DNA of 64,000 bases, taken from assembly GCA_964476915.1 (NCBI GenBank), contig CAYZCO010000001.1:4253-68252 (forward strand), given 5' to 3'. Position 1 is the stretch's first letter. Each line of letters opens with the position of its first letter. Of the stretch, positions 34,537-43,684 are shown piece after piece. The translations under genes were made by a program, and so were the position numbers. The DNA is from an uncultured Leptolinea sp. GTDB lineage: Bacteria; Chloroflexota; Anaerolineae; Anaerolineales; Anaerolineaceae. Below the pieces are notes generated by a model. That model did not search any database. It was not told the origin of the DNA and saw only the letters and a list, made by a program, of their open reading frames with translations.

Positions 34537-35964
34537 TCATTGTACCAAGTTAATCAATGGATCATCTTTGGGAATTTTTTCGAAGTAGGTCGTAAAATAC
34601 TCTTTTAACGGTTTCCATTCAGATGATGACAATAAAGTTTTCGCGTTGTGATTGGCATGCACAAGACCCGCAAAAACTAAAGCAGGAATCAAACCTTCCG
34701 TTAAAGCCATTGGAAATAATTCTTCCGTTAGGGGTGTGAAATGATTATATAGAATTGAAGCGGAAATTGCTTCTCTAATTATCTGATTCTTATGACGCAT
34801 TAGGTTACGCAAAAAGTTAAGGTACTGACTGTTGGCCAAATTGCTCTTCCCTCGAAGCAATGAATCCATCAGAAAAATTAGTGACAATTGGATATTGTTT
34901 GCGTCTGGATTTTTCGACATAAGCGAATCTAAGATTGCGTTTGTTTTGGGATGTACTGCCCCCATAAACAAATAACAACCTGATAAAAACACATCTACGG
35001 AATTTAGCTTTCGAGCATCATCTTTACTCCACATGTTGTCCAGTTTTCTAACCCCGTATGGACCACACAACTTAAGCACAGCGCCCAATCTATACATTTC
35101 TGTATGATAAGTTTGTAACAAATTAGTTGAATCCTCAATTACGTTATTTATTGAAACATATGGAGTAGTAATCAATCCAGTTAGAGAATTCTTTTTACTT
35201 TTATTTTGGTAATAATTAGTAAAACCTGCTATCCCTGCTGAAATAAGAGAAGAAGTGGTACTTTTTAAAGACTGCTTTTTGCCAAATAGCCTCTCTGAAA
35301 TGAGATTCCTGCCGGTTCCACTCGATTCGGATTCATCCGACTCAATATATTGAAAACTGCTTTGATTTATCAGGATTGAGATAATTTCGGGCAAATTTAT
35401 TTGTTCCAAGTTTTTAATTGCGAGAATATCGAAAGGAAATTGAATAAAATTAGCATATTCTGACAACCAGGGTAATTTTGCATTTGATCGAATCTTGCTT
35501 AACGCAATTAATGAATACTCCATATCTTGGAATATGTTATTGTCAACAATCAAGTGGACAACTTTTTCACCCCCAATATCTCCCAGAAGGGAATATAGAT
35601 CCCCTTTTTTCTCTTCCGGAAACATAAACTTGTCTTTCATCTTCCAGAGGCTATCAATAGCTTCGACTGGTTTCACCTCAAAAAGCATTTCTTTTGCTCT
35701 CTCATATGTCTCTCCATTTCCTTTTTCAAAATCATTCAATAAGTTTTGGAGTATATTCGGGGCCAGATATTTGTTCTTGGAGCTTGCATTTGAAGGCCTG
35801 AAGAAAGAATTTAATTCATAAAATAGAGGTGGAATTATCATATCTGAAGATGTTGACTGATTTGCAGATTGCGGCTCAAATTTAACTTTAGTACCGCATT
35901 TACCACAAAACTTTACAGCAGGATTGAGCGCATTTCCGCAATTGAGACATACGTAGTTCTCCAT
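34537..35964 (-). CDS. N-terminal zinc-ribbon protein with large helical domain of unknown function (475 aa); first gene of the island
   Basis: Start at MENYVCLNCGNALNPAVKFCGKCG (AGGAGG RBS 5 nt upstream; the listed ORF extends 10 codons further). CxxC...CxxC zinc ribbon, then helical body, Ser-rich linker around residues 220-260. Confidence 0.5.
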   Translation of the reverse strand: MENYVCLNCGNALNPAVKFCGKCGTKVKFEPQSANQSTSSDMIIPPLFYELNSFFRPSNASSKNKYLAPNILQNLLNDFEKGNGETYERAKEMLFEVKPVEAIDSLWKMKDKFMFPEEKKGDLYSLLGDIGGEKVVHLIVDNNIFQDMEYSLIALSKIRSNAKLPWLSEYANFIQFPFDILAIKNLEQINLPEIISILINQSSFQYIESDESESSGTGRNLISERLFGKKQSLKSTTSSLISAGIAGFTNYYQNKSKKNSLTGLITTPYVSINNVIEDSTNLLQTYHTEMYRLGAVLKLCGPYGVRKLDNMWSKDDARKLNSVDVFLSGCYLFMGAVHPKTNAILDSLMSKNPDANNIQLSLIFLMDSLLRGKSNLANSQYLNFLRNLMRHKNQIIREAISASILYNHFTPLTEELFPMALTEGLIPALVFAGLVHANHNAKTLLSSSEWKPLKEYFTTYFEKIPKDDPLINLVQ

Positions 35965-36226
35965 GATACCTCCTGTTTGGTTGTGAACTATCACTAAAGA
36001 TCTCTTTCAAAAAAATGTATTTACTTAAGAATTCATAAAATCGTTCTAAATAGGAAAATATTATCTAATAAATTTTAACCTAATTTATTCTTTAAGGAAA
36101 ATTAAAGTCCTGGCTCACGATTAAATAGATTATCCAACTTCGGAGTTTATAAGCGTGTCTTGCTAACTGCCCATTAAGAGACTATAATCAGCTTCTGCAG
36201 TAATTGGAAAGAAGGAAAGCAGTACT

Positions 36227-36547
36227 ATGCCAGTTTATACTTATCGGTGCGAGAACTGTGGAGTGCAGTTCGAAAAAACGCAGAAATTCAGCGACCAGCC
36301 CCTGACACGCTGCCCGGAATGCAACCACAAATCGTTACGCAAGGTCTACATGCCGGTAGGAATCGTATTTAAAGGCAAAGGGTTTTACGCAACCGACAAC
36401 CGGTCGCCATCCGGCCAAAAATGGTCGAGCAGCCATGAAGATAAAACTTCTGCGCATTCGACAGACACCCACACAGAAAAAGCTGCCGAAAGCGCTCCAA
36501 AACCGGAAAGCGCACCGGCAGCGCCAAAAAGTGATAAAGCCGACTGA
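36227..36547 (+). CDS. FmdB-family putative regulatory zinc-ribbon protein
   Basis: MPVYTYRCENCGVQFE...CPECNH: the canonical FmdB N-terminus, plus a low-complexity basic/acidic tail. GC content returns to backbone level here. Confidence 0.7.
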   Translation: MPVYTYRCENCGVQFEKTQKFSDQPLTRCPECNHKSLRKVYMPVGIVFKGKGFYATDNRSPSGQKWSSSHEDKTSAHSTDTHTEKAAESAPKPESAPAAPKSDKAD

Positions 36548-36566
36548 ACTAATCTCCTGAAAAACC

Positions 36567-36598
36567 ACTCCCCTTCTGATACCAGGAGGGGAGTTTTT
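36567..36598 (+). terminator. Intrinsic terminator after the FmdB-family gene
   Basis: ACTCCCCT-(12 nt loop)-AGGGGAGT-TTTTTG. Confidence 0.6.
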
Positions 36599-36663
36599 GA
36601 TAGGTTTTGACAGCTACAATGCCTGCAGATTGACAGGCGAACAAGGAAATGGAGTAACAAAAA

Positions 36664-36792
36664 ATGCCTAAATCTGACCAATCAAAAGGAGTTCGTAGCG
36701 AGCCGCGCAAGATAGACTGGAAACGAATTATCCTTGTTATTATGTCAATCATGATCATCATTTCCTGGATCCTGGCGCTGCTCGTCAAATAA
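36664..36792 (+). CDS. Small (42-aa) single-TM protein immediately upstream of the large membrane protein gene (not in ORF track, below the 60-aa cutoff)
   Basis: GGAG RBS. MPKSDQSKGVRSEPRKIDWKRIILVIMSIMIIISWILALLVK*. Stop lies 4 nt before the next ATG. Confidence 0.35.
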   Translation: MPKSDQSKGVRSEPRKIDWKRIILVIMSIMIIISWILALLVK

Positions 36793-36796
36793 AACT

Positions 36797-38377
36797 ATGA
36801 AAACCAACAAAAGATGGGTGTTGTTCCTGTTCGGAATCATCCTGGCCTGGCTGGTGGATTACCTGTTCTGGTCTAAGACTCCCGGTATCTCTTATCCGAT
36901 CTGGATCACCCTGGCAGCGGCTGCATTAATTGCATCTGCTTTGTATGCCCGGAACTCTGTCAGATGGACCAGCATTGTCCTGCTGTTCATCAGTGCGGGG
37001 CTATCGGTGGTGGTGTTCATCCGGCAGGAACCATTGACGCGATTTGCGGCTGGAGCTACCGCGCTGGCTGCGCTCACCCTGGCGGCGGCTGATTTGCCGG
37101 TTGGAATCTGGATGAAACGTGCCATCCTCGATCAACTGATTGCCTTCTTTAAGCTTGCCTGGAGCGCTGTAACCCGTCCCTTCCAGGCGCTGCATGCGTA
37201 CGCCAGCCCGCAAAATGGTGAAGGCGGTTTTTCAAGGAGCTTACGGAAAGCTGCCCCAATATTGATTGGTTTGGTGATCGCCTTGCCGATCCTGGGTGTA
37301 CTGACCATCCTGCTGGTGTCCGCTGACCTGGTGTTCTCAAACCAGGTGGAATTGTTCTTCAAGTTCCTTGACCTCGACAGGCTGCCTGAGTATATCTTCC
37401 GGACTGTATTTGTGCTTATCCTGGCGGTGCTGTTCTTTGGGGTATTGCTGCATGCCATCCATAAGCCAGAGAAGGCAGAAGAAGCCGGCAAGGAGCTTGT
37501 GCATCCCTTCCTGGGCTGGATCGAAGGCACCATTGTCCTGTCACTGGTCAATGTCTTATTCGGTTTGTTTGTATCAATCCAGGTGCGTTACCTGTTTGGC
37601 GGGCAGGCGAATATTTCAGAAACCGGGTTTACCTATTCGGAATATGCCAGGCGCGGATTTAATGAACTTGTGATGGTGACAGTTTTTACGCTGTTGATCT
37701 ACCTGGTCTTTTCTGCGGTATGCAAATGGAAACAGAAATGGCAGAAAGGGATATTCACCGGGTTGAGCCTGCTGATGTTTGCCCTGGTGATGGTGATCCT
37801 GGCTTCGGCATTCACAAGGCTGCAGTTGTATGAAAATGCCTACGGTTTCACCCGCCTGAGGACCTACACCCATTTCTTTATCTTCTGGCTGGCCGGCCTG
37901 CTGGCAGGCGGCACCCTGCTGGAAGTGCTGAAGAAACGCTCGAGGTTTGCCCTGCTGCTGATCATCTTCGCCGCCGGTTACAGCATGAACCTGGCCATCA
38001 TTAACCTGGACGGGTTCGTTGCGGGCAGGAACATCCAGCGGGCTGGAGCAGGCGAGGAGTTTGACGGCCAGTACCTGGCAACCCTTTCTGACGATGCTTT
38101 GCCGGTAATGCTTCGGGAATACCAGGAAAGCGGTACAGCACCGGAAATCAAAGATGCTCTGGGTGCGAGTGTTGCCTGCAAGGTTTATGATTACACTTTG
38201 CGGAAACACCAACCCTGGCAGTCATTTACCCTGCCAGACAGCTGGCTGAAAAACCTGCAGGCGTCTGAAACCGATTTTCTGTCCGCTTACCCGGTTGAGG
38301 TCAGGCAGGGCACGGCATTTGTCAAGGTCGATGGAGCCTGGCAGGAGTGTTACCCGGTCCAGGATGGTTTCGATTAA
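36797..38377 (+). CDS. Polytopic integral membrane protein of unknown function (526 aa)
   Basis: 10 or more predicted TM helices; no catalytic motif recognised. Confidence 0.5.
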   Translation: MKTNKRWVLFLFGIILAWLVDYLFWSKTPGISYPIWITLAAAALIASALYARNSVRWTSIVLLFISAGLSVVVFIRQEPLTRFAAGATALAALTLAAADLPVGIWMKRAILDQLIAFFKLAWSAVTRPFQALHAYASPQNGEGGFSRSLRKAAPILIGLVIALPILGVLTILLVSADLVFSNQVELFFKFLDLDRLPEYIFRTVFVLILAVLFFGVLLHAIHKPEKAEEAGKELVHPFLGWIEGTIVLSLVNVLFGLFVSIQVRYLFGGQANISETGFTYSEYARRGFNELVMVTVFTLLIYLVFSAVCKWKQKWQKGIFTGLSLLMFALVMVILASAFTRLQLYENAYGFTRLRTYTHFFIFWLAGLLAGGTLLEVLKKRSRFALLLIIFAAGYSMNLAIINLDGFVAGRNIQRAGAGEEFDGQYLATLSDDALPVMLREYQESGTAPEIKDALGASVACKVYDYTLRKHQPWQSFTLPDSWLKNLQASETDFLSAYPVEVRQGTAFVKVDGAWQECYPVQDGFD

Positions 38378-38410
38378 TACTGCTTGATATTGGGTAACCG
38401 CCTGAGTATA

Positions 38411-39490
38411 ATGACCCCTATGAAACGCTGGCAAACCTGGCTGGGGATCGTAATCAGCATTGTTTTTCTTTTCTTTGCGCTGCGGGGGCTACATCTGGGT
38501 GAAGCCTGGCTGGCGGTGAAGAATGCACGCTATATCTGGCTGCTACCCGGAATCGCTGTCTATTTCATGGGTGTATATGTCCGGGCGTGGCGGTGGCATT
38601 ACCTGCTGCGGCCGCTGAAAAAAATCCCGACCCGGTCCATGTTCCCCATTGTGGCAATCGGTTATATGGGCAACAACATCTTTGTTGCCCGCGCTGGAGA
38701 GGTCCTGCGGGCGGTGATATTAAAAGACCGGCATGAAGTGCCGGTCTCTGCATCCCTTGCAACTGTGATCGTGGAGCGCATTTTTGACGGGGTGGTGATG
38801 CTCGGGTTCGTCTTCCTCAACCTGGGAGCAATTTCACACTTGACTGGCAGCTCTGGATTTGTCGGCAGCATCCGTTCCCTGGCGGTTTGGGGTGCGGTGA
38901 TCTTTTTTGCAGTTCTGCTGGTCTTCTTGTTGGCGGCTATGTTCCCCAAACCTGCAGAGCGCCTGATAACAAGCATTATCAATAAGGTGGTTCCTACCCG
39001 CATCCGGGAGAAAACCCTCGGTATTGTTCTCAGGTTTATGAGCGGGCTGGAATCCCTGCGATCGCCGGCGGATGCGTTGATGGTGCTGCTTACAACGGTG
39101 ATCATCTGGCTGTTTGAAACCGGCAAGTACTGGTTCGTGATGCATGCATTTGACTTTGAGGTAAGTTTCTTTGCCCTGATGCTGATGAACGGGATCGTCA
39201 ACCTGGCGACTACCATTCCTTCTGCGCCAGGCTACATTGGTACTTTTGATGCTCCCGGGATAGCCGTGCTGGTTGCCTATGGGGTGCCGCGTGAAATGGC
39301 AACGGCTTATACCCTGGTGCTACATGCAGCATTATGGTTCCCCATTACTATCCTCGGGGCGTATTACTACCTGCGCCAGCCGCTGCGCTGGGGCAAACAG
39401 GTGACCACGGAATCCCGCCAGGAGCCTGGACAAGAAACGGGAACCTCGGGGAGAACTCAAGATTCCACACTGGATACAAACAACCAGTGA
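38411..39490 (+). CDS. UPF0104 / lysylphosphatidylglycerol-synthase-TM-region-like (flippase-like) membrane protein
   Basis: MKRWQTWLGIVISIVFLFFALRGL...RAWRWHYLLRPL...IGYMGNNIFVARAGEVLR pattern of the UPF0104 family. Start uncertain between 38384, 38411 and 38420. Confidence 0.6.
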   Translation: MTPMKRWQTWLGIVISIVFLFFALRGLHLGEAWLAVKNARYIWLLPGIAVYFMGVYVRAWRWHYLLRPLKKIPTRSMFPIVAIGYMGNNIFVARAGEVLRAVILKDRHEVPVSASLATVIVERIFDGVVMLGFVFLNLGAISHLTGSSGFVGSIRSLAVWGAVIFFAVLLVFLLAAMFPKPAERLITSIINKVVPTRIREKTLGIVLRFMSGLESLRSPADALMVLLTTVIIWLFETGKYWFVMHAFDFEVSFFALMLMNGIVNLATTIPSAPGYIGTFDAPGIAVLVAYGVPREMATAYTLVLHAALWFPITILGAYYYLRQPLRWGKQVTTESRQEPGQETGTSGRTQDSTLDTNNQ

Positions 39491-39520
39491 TACCTTTACC
39501 GGCAATAAACAGGAGCTGAA

Positions 39521-40822
39521 ATGAAAGTTGCAGTGATTGGAGCAGGGATCGGCGGAATGGCTGCTGCGTATGACCTCAGCTGGCAGGGGCATGAAGTGAC
39601 TGTATATGAAGGTTCTGACCATGTGGGAGGGCTGGCTTCAGGTTTCAGGGATGAAGGTTGGGAATGGAGCGTGGAGAAGTTCTACCACCACTGGTTTACC
39701 AGCGATGAACACATGTTCGGGTTGATCGACGAGCTGGGATTATCCGATCAGGTTGTCATTCCCAAACCGGTCACGGTAATGTATTTTAAAGGCAAATTCT
39801 ATCCATTTGACTCGATCCCGGCTGCGGTCATGTACCCCGGCCTGGGTTGGGGGATTAATAAGATCCGCTTCGGGCTGGTCGCACTCTTCCTGCGCTTCAC
39901 CAAAAACTGGCAGGCGCTGGAAAAATACACCATCGATGAATGGATGCGTAAATGGGCTGGCAACAAGGTTTACGAAGAGATGTGGGAGCCGATGGTGGTT
40001 GGGAAATTCGGCGAAGCCTATGCAAAGCAGGTGACTATGGCCTGGCTTTGGGCGCGCCTGCATGCCCGCACAACCCGGCTGGCTACTTTCAATGGCGGAT
40101 TCCAGTCTTTTTGTGACCAGTTTGCAGCCAGGCTGCGCGATATGGGAATTAAGGTCTTGCTTTCAACCCAGGTCAACCAAATCTTCAGCCGCGATGACGG
40201 CATGCTGGAGGTTACTTCAGGTGAGACCAGCCAGCTGTTCGATCAGGTCCTGGTAACGACCTCGCCCGCCTTGCTTTCCAGGCTGGCGCCAGAGCTACCT
40301 GAAGATTACCTGAAAGGGCTGCTTTCACTGAAAAGCCTGGGCGCAGTGGTGATGACCGTGGCGTTAAAACACCGCCTGTCTGAAAAAGGGTACTACTGGT
40401 TCAACCTGCCCAAGAATGCCGGATTTCCTTTCCTGGCACTGGTGGAGCACACGAATTACATGAAGCCGGAATACTTTAACGGCGACCATATTGTTTATAT
40501 GGGCGATTACCTGCAGCCTGACCATGAATATTTCTCTTTAGACAAAGAGGAATTGTTGGAACGGTTCCTGCCCGCGCTCCAGCGGATTAATCCGGAGGTT
40601 ACCCAGGATTGGGTGCGCAAGAGCTGGCTTTTCAAGGCAAATTATGCCCAACCTGTTCCCCTGGTCAACCATTCGCGTAATATTCCTGCGATCCAGACAC
40701 CGATTAAAGGACTGTTTTTTGCCAGCATGAGCCAGGTATATCCCTGGGACAGGGGCACCAATTTTGCTGTGGAAATCGCCAGGCGCGCTGTGCGATTAAT
40801 GCTGCAAGAAAGACCTGGATAG
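39521..40822 (+). CDS. FAD-dependent oxidoreductase (amine oxidase / phytoene desaturase-like fold)
   Basis: 433 aa. N-terminal dinucleotide-binding motif VAVIGAGIGGMAAAYDL...VTVYEGSDHVGG. Confidence 0.7.
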   Translation: MKVAVIGAGIGGMAAAYDLSWQGHEVTVYEGSDHVGGLASGFRDEGWEWSVEKFYHHWFTSDEHMFGLIDELGLSDQVVIPKPVTVMYFKGKFYPFDSIPAAVMYPGLGWGINKIRFGLVALFLRFTKNWQALEKYTIDEWMRKWAGNKVYEEMWEPMVVGKFGEAYAKQVTMAWLWARLHARTTRLATFNGGFQSFCDQFAARLRDMGIKVLLSTQVNQIFSRDDGMLEVTSGETSQLFDQVLVTTSPALLSRLAPELPEDYLKGLLSLKSLGAVVMTVALKHRLSEKGYYWFNLPKNAGFPFLALVEHTNYMKPEYFNGDHIVYMGDYLQPDHEYFSLDKEELLERFLPALQRINPEVTQDWVRKSWLFKANYAQPVPLVNHSRNIPAIQTPIKGLFFASMSQVYPWDRGTNFAVEIARRAVRLMLQERPG

Positions 40823-41085
40823 ATTCACAAATATGCATAAGAATCCTTCTCAGGTAAGTTTAACAATCGATGTATTGGTTTAAGAAATCGCCCCCCATAT
40901 ATGGGACAAATTTTCAAATATGCGGTTTACACCCCACATATAGGGGTGTACTGTACCCTGCACCCTACCAATATGCCTGTTTTTGATTGCGTATAACCCA
41001 TTGAACGTCCGTTCTGAGAATCGTTTTGTTAAGATAAGAATCCTTAAAATTCAGATTCTTTTTAGACAGGCGTAGGTGAATCAAC

Positions 41086-41114
41086 TTGTTGATTCAGCAT
41101 CTATCTGCTAGAAT
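41086..41114 (+). promoter_or_regulatory. Candidate sigma70-type promoter for dnaA (TTGTTG-17 bp-TAGAAT)
   Basis: -35 at 41086-41091, 17-bp spacer, -10 at 41109-41114, about 150 nt upstream of the dnaA ATG. Confidence 0.3.
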
Positions 41115-41265
41115 CTTGTTACCCGAATAACGAGCTGTAACAAAGCCCGTTGCCCTAATTCATTACTTCAACCCAGGGATTATGTAGGTGTCACTATCCT
41201 GAGAATGGTGAGATAGTGTAGTTTAGTGCACATATTTGGGGAGCGCTTTTTAGGAGGAGAGGCTC

Positions 41266-42588
41266 ATGAACCCACAGCAAGCCTGGCAGGCCGCACTAGG
41301 TCAACTGCAGATGGACATGTCTAAAGCAGCATACGACACCTGGGTGCGCAACACTGAAATGATCACGTATCAGGATCGTAACTTCAAAATCGGTGTGCAA
41401 AATGCCTATGCCAGGGATTGGCTTGCCAGCCGCCTATCCGATACGGTTATGCGCCTCTTAACCGGGTTAATGGGGGAGCCGCAAACGGTGACATTTGTAG
41501 TCAGTCATCATGAAGAGGAAAATGCTGTCCTAGAAGATGCCGGGCAGTCTGAAAACCAACCTGCCGCCTCCCGTACCAACCCTGTCATCAACCAGCGCTA
41601 CACTTTCCAATCTTTCGTGGTGGGCGCCAGCAATCGCCTTGCCCATGCCGCCTGTATGGCTGTGGCAGAGAATCCTGCCCGGGCATACAATCCCCTCTTC
41701 CTGTATGGCGGAGTCGGCCTGGGGAAAACACACCTCCTGCATGCCATAGGCAATGCCTGTGCGCAGCAGGACCTGGAAGTGGTGTACGCTTCCTCAGAAG
41801 AGTTCACAAACGACCTGATCAATTCGATCCGCTCCCACAACACTTCGGATTTCCGCGACCGATACCGCAATGTGGATGTGCTTCTGATCGATGATATCCA
41901 GTTCATTGCTGGCAAAGAGTCAACGCAGGAAGAATTCTTTCACACTTTCAATACCCTGCATGGGCAGGATAAACAGATCATCATTTCTTCAGACCGCCCC
42001 CCGAAGGCAATGGTCACCCTTGAGGAGAGATTGCGCTCTCGCTTTGAGTGGGGGCTGACAGTGGACCTGCAGCCACCAGATCTGGAGACCCGCATTGCCA
42101 TCCTGCGCTCCAAGGCTGAACGGGCCGGCAAGGATGTCCCACCCGGGATCCTGGAAATGATCGCCCGCCAGATTCAGTCCAATATTCGCGAACTTGAAGG
42201 TGCCCTTACGCGTGTGCTGGCTTATTCCGAATTGAGCGGCCAGGAGATCACCACTGCGCTGGTAAATTCAGCCCTGGCGGACCTGATCCCGCAGCACAGC
42301 CAGGTTGATTCTAACCAGGTGGTTGAAGCAGTAGCTTCGGCTTTTGGGCTTACCATCGATCAGCTCAGGGGCAGGGAACGCACCCGCGAGGTGGCATTGC
42401 CCCGCCAGGTTGCCATGTACCTGCTGCGTGAGGAAGTGAATGCTTCACTTCCGCAGATCGGCGCTACCCTGGGCGGCAGGGACCATACCACGGTGATGTA
42501 TGCCTGTGATAAAGTAGCTGACCTGATGGAGAGGGATGACAGGCTGCGGAAACAGATCTTGAGCATCCGTGAGAATATGTACGTATAG
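41266..42588 (+). CDS. dnaA: Chromosomal replication initiator protein DnaA
   Basis: 440 aa. AAA+ Walker [12 protein letters not shown]; Walker B / sensor (LLIDDIQF); C-terminal DNA-binding domain with the DnaA signature ([14 protein letters not shown]...GGRDHTTV). AGGAGG RBS. Confidence 0.92.
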   Translation: MNPQQAWQAALGQLQMDMSKAAYDTWVRNTEMITYQDRNFKIGVQNAYARDWLASRLSDTVMRLLTGLMGEPQTVTFVVSHHEEENAVLEDAGQSENQPAASRTNPVINQRYTFQSFVVGASNRLAHAACMAVAENPARAYNPLFLYGGVGLGKTHLLHAIGNACAQQDLEVVYASSEEFTNDLINSIRSHNTSDFRDRYRNVDVLLIDDIQFIAGKESTQEEFFHTFNTLHGQDKQIIISSDRPPKAMVTLEERLRSRFEWGLTVDLQPPDLETRIAILRSKAERAGKDVPPGILEMIARQIQSNIRELEGALTRVLAYSELSGQEITTALVNSALADLIPQHSQVDSNQVVEAVASAFGLTIDQLRGRERTREVALPRQVAMYLLREEVNASLPQIGATLGGRDHTTVMYACDKVADLMERDDRLRKQILSIRENMYV

Positions 42589-42621
42589 CCAGGTGTCCTT
42601 TTACTCTACCATCCAGCTATT

Positions 42622-42652
42622 AAAAACAAAAAACCCGTAAGGGTTTTTTTGT
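42622..42652. terminator. Bidirectional terminator between dnaA and the convergent HD-GYP gene
   Basis: AAAAAACCC-GTAA-GGGTTTTTT (A/T-rich stem with GC clamp). Confidence 0.6.
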
Positions 42653-42677
42653 TTGATGATGCATATGATTGCAGCAG

Positions 42678-43403
42678 TTAGTTCACATTCTCTTCTTTTA
42701 GAATTTCCAGAAAGGCATCTGTAACATCACCGTCAAATTGCTTCCCGCTGCACCGGATCAGCTCATGGGAGGCTTCTTCCCGGGTCATTTCCTTCTGGTA
42801 AACCCGGCCATTGGTCATGGTGGTGAAGGCATCTACTACTGAGATAATGCGGGCGCCAAAAGGTATTTCTTCTCCGCTCAGTTTGTTAGGATAACCGCTT
42901 CCATCGTAATGTTCATGATGAGACAAAACGATCGGAAGGGTGGGGCTGAGTTTAACAACTGGCCGCAGAATCCGCACGCCCAAAGCCGGGTGCTGCTGCA
43001 TAATCCTCCACTCGGTTGCGGTGAGGATTCCGGGTTTGGTGAGGATTGTTTCGGGGATAAACGCTTTTCCAACATCATGCAGCAGCCCTGCCATTGACAG
43101 GGTTTCAATGTCCTCTGCGCTGCAGCCGAGTTTTTTACCGAGGGTTCTGGCATATGCTGCCGTTTGGGTAATGTGGTTGCCGTTGCTGGTGCCGAATGAA
43201 TCAGCATGCCGTGCCAGGGCGATCACTGTGCTGATATACCCGTCTTCGGCATATGCAGGTACCGTCGCCGGACTGTAAGAGTAGGCAACGATCTCTGAAA
43301 GGCTGAAAGTGATGTCAAGCCGCAAATCGTGGTCTTTTCCGGCAGCAGAGACACTTCCGGGAAGGCCGCGGTTATTCGGCATGAACAAAGGGAGAATATT
43401 CAA
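42678..43403 (-). CDS. HD-GYP domain cyclic-di-GMP phosphodiesterase-like protein
   Basis: 241 aa. HD motif (GLLHDVGK) and HHEHYDGSGYP (the GYP signature). Confidence 0.8.
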   Translation of the reverse strand: MNILPLFMPNNRGLPGSVSAAGKDHDLRLDITFSLSEIVAYSYSPATVPAYAEDGYISTVIALARHADSFGTSNGNHITQTAAYARTLGKKLGCSAEDIETLSMAGLLHDVGKAFIPETILTKPGILTATEWRIMQQHPALGVRILRPVVKLSPTLPIVLSHHEHYDGSGYPNKLSGEEIPFGARIISVVDAFTTMTNGRVYQKEMTREEASHELIRCSGKQFDGDVTDAFLEILKEENVN

Positions 43404-43435
43404 CTACATTCTCCTCCTTGGAAGAGAGAAGTAAA

Positions 43436-43684
43436 TTAAAAATGTGCCAGTTCTGCAGCAAATTCTGAAAGGGAGCTTGCGTGAATGGAGCTTAGCCGTT
43501 CGCGCTCGTCAGCCTTCAGATTGAAGGATTCACCGCCATAGCCTCGGGTGAGCGCCTGGACGGGGTTAGCTAAAAGCATACTGCAGAATCGCTTGTTCAC
43601 AACTGCTGCTGCAAGGATTCGGCTTAATTCATTGCTGGTTGTATTGGAATAAGAATTTGAGAAAACTGCGCTGAAGCTGCTCAT
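43436..43684 (-). CDS. 82-aa protein resembling NHLP/Nif11-type RiPP leader peptides
   Basis: ELSRILAAAVVNKRFCSMLLANPVQALTRGYGGESFNLKADERERL resembles the NHLP leader pattern (IIAKAWTDxAFKQRLLADPxAAL...GIELP). The C-terminal tail is short and has no obvious GG cleavage or core-peptide signature. Overlaps the upstream gene by 4 nt. Confidence 0.35.
   Translation of the reverse strand: MSSFSAVFSNSYSNTTSNELSRILAAAVVNKRFCSMLLANPVQALTRGYGGESFNLKADERERLSSIHASSLSEFAAELAHF

Larger units (their letters stand above)
24400..36200 (-). mobile_element. About 11.8-kb AT-rich genomic island (horizontally acquired), ten co-oriented genes, no integrase
   Basis: Abrupt drop in GC at about 24.4 kb and recovery at about 36.2 kb, visible directly in the sequence. 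All genes are on the minus strand with AT-rich intergenic regions. It interrupts a flavodoxin-like gene. No integrase, transposase, flanking tRNA or clear direct repeats found by eye. Confidence 0.7.

Noticed and set aside
24400-36200. Island as a prophage, ICE or transposon
   Set aside because: No integrase/recombinase, transposase, capsid/tail, relaxase, T4CP, terminal inverted repeats or flanking tRNA. The ATPase has the HerA/FtsK-type DEAH-like Walker B but there is no conjugation context. Treated as an anonymous acquired island.
40823-41265. Calling this region oriC outright
   Set aside because: No consensus DnaA boxes were found by eye and dnaN is absent downstream. Reported as a finding with alternatives rather than annotated as an origin.
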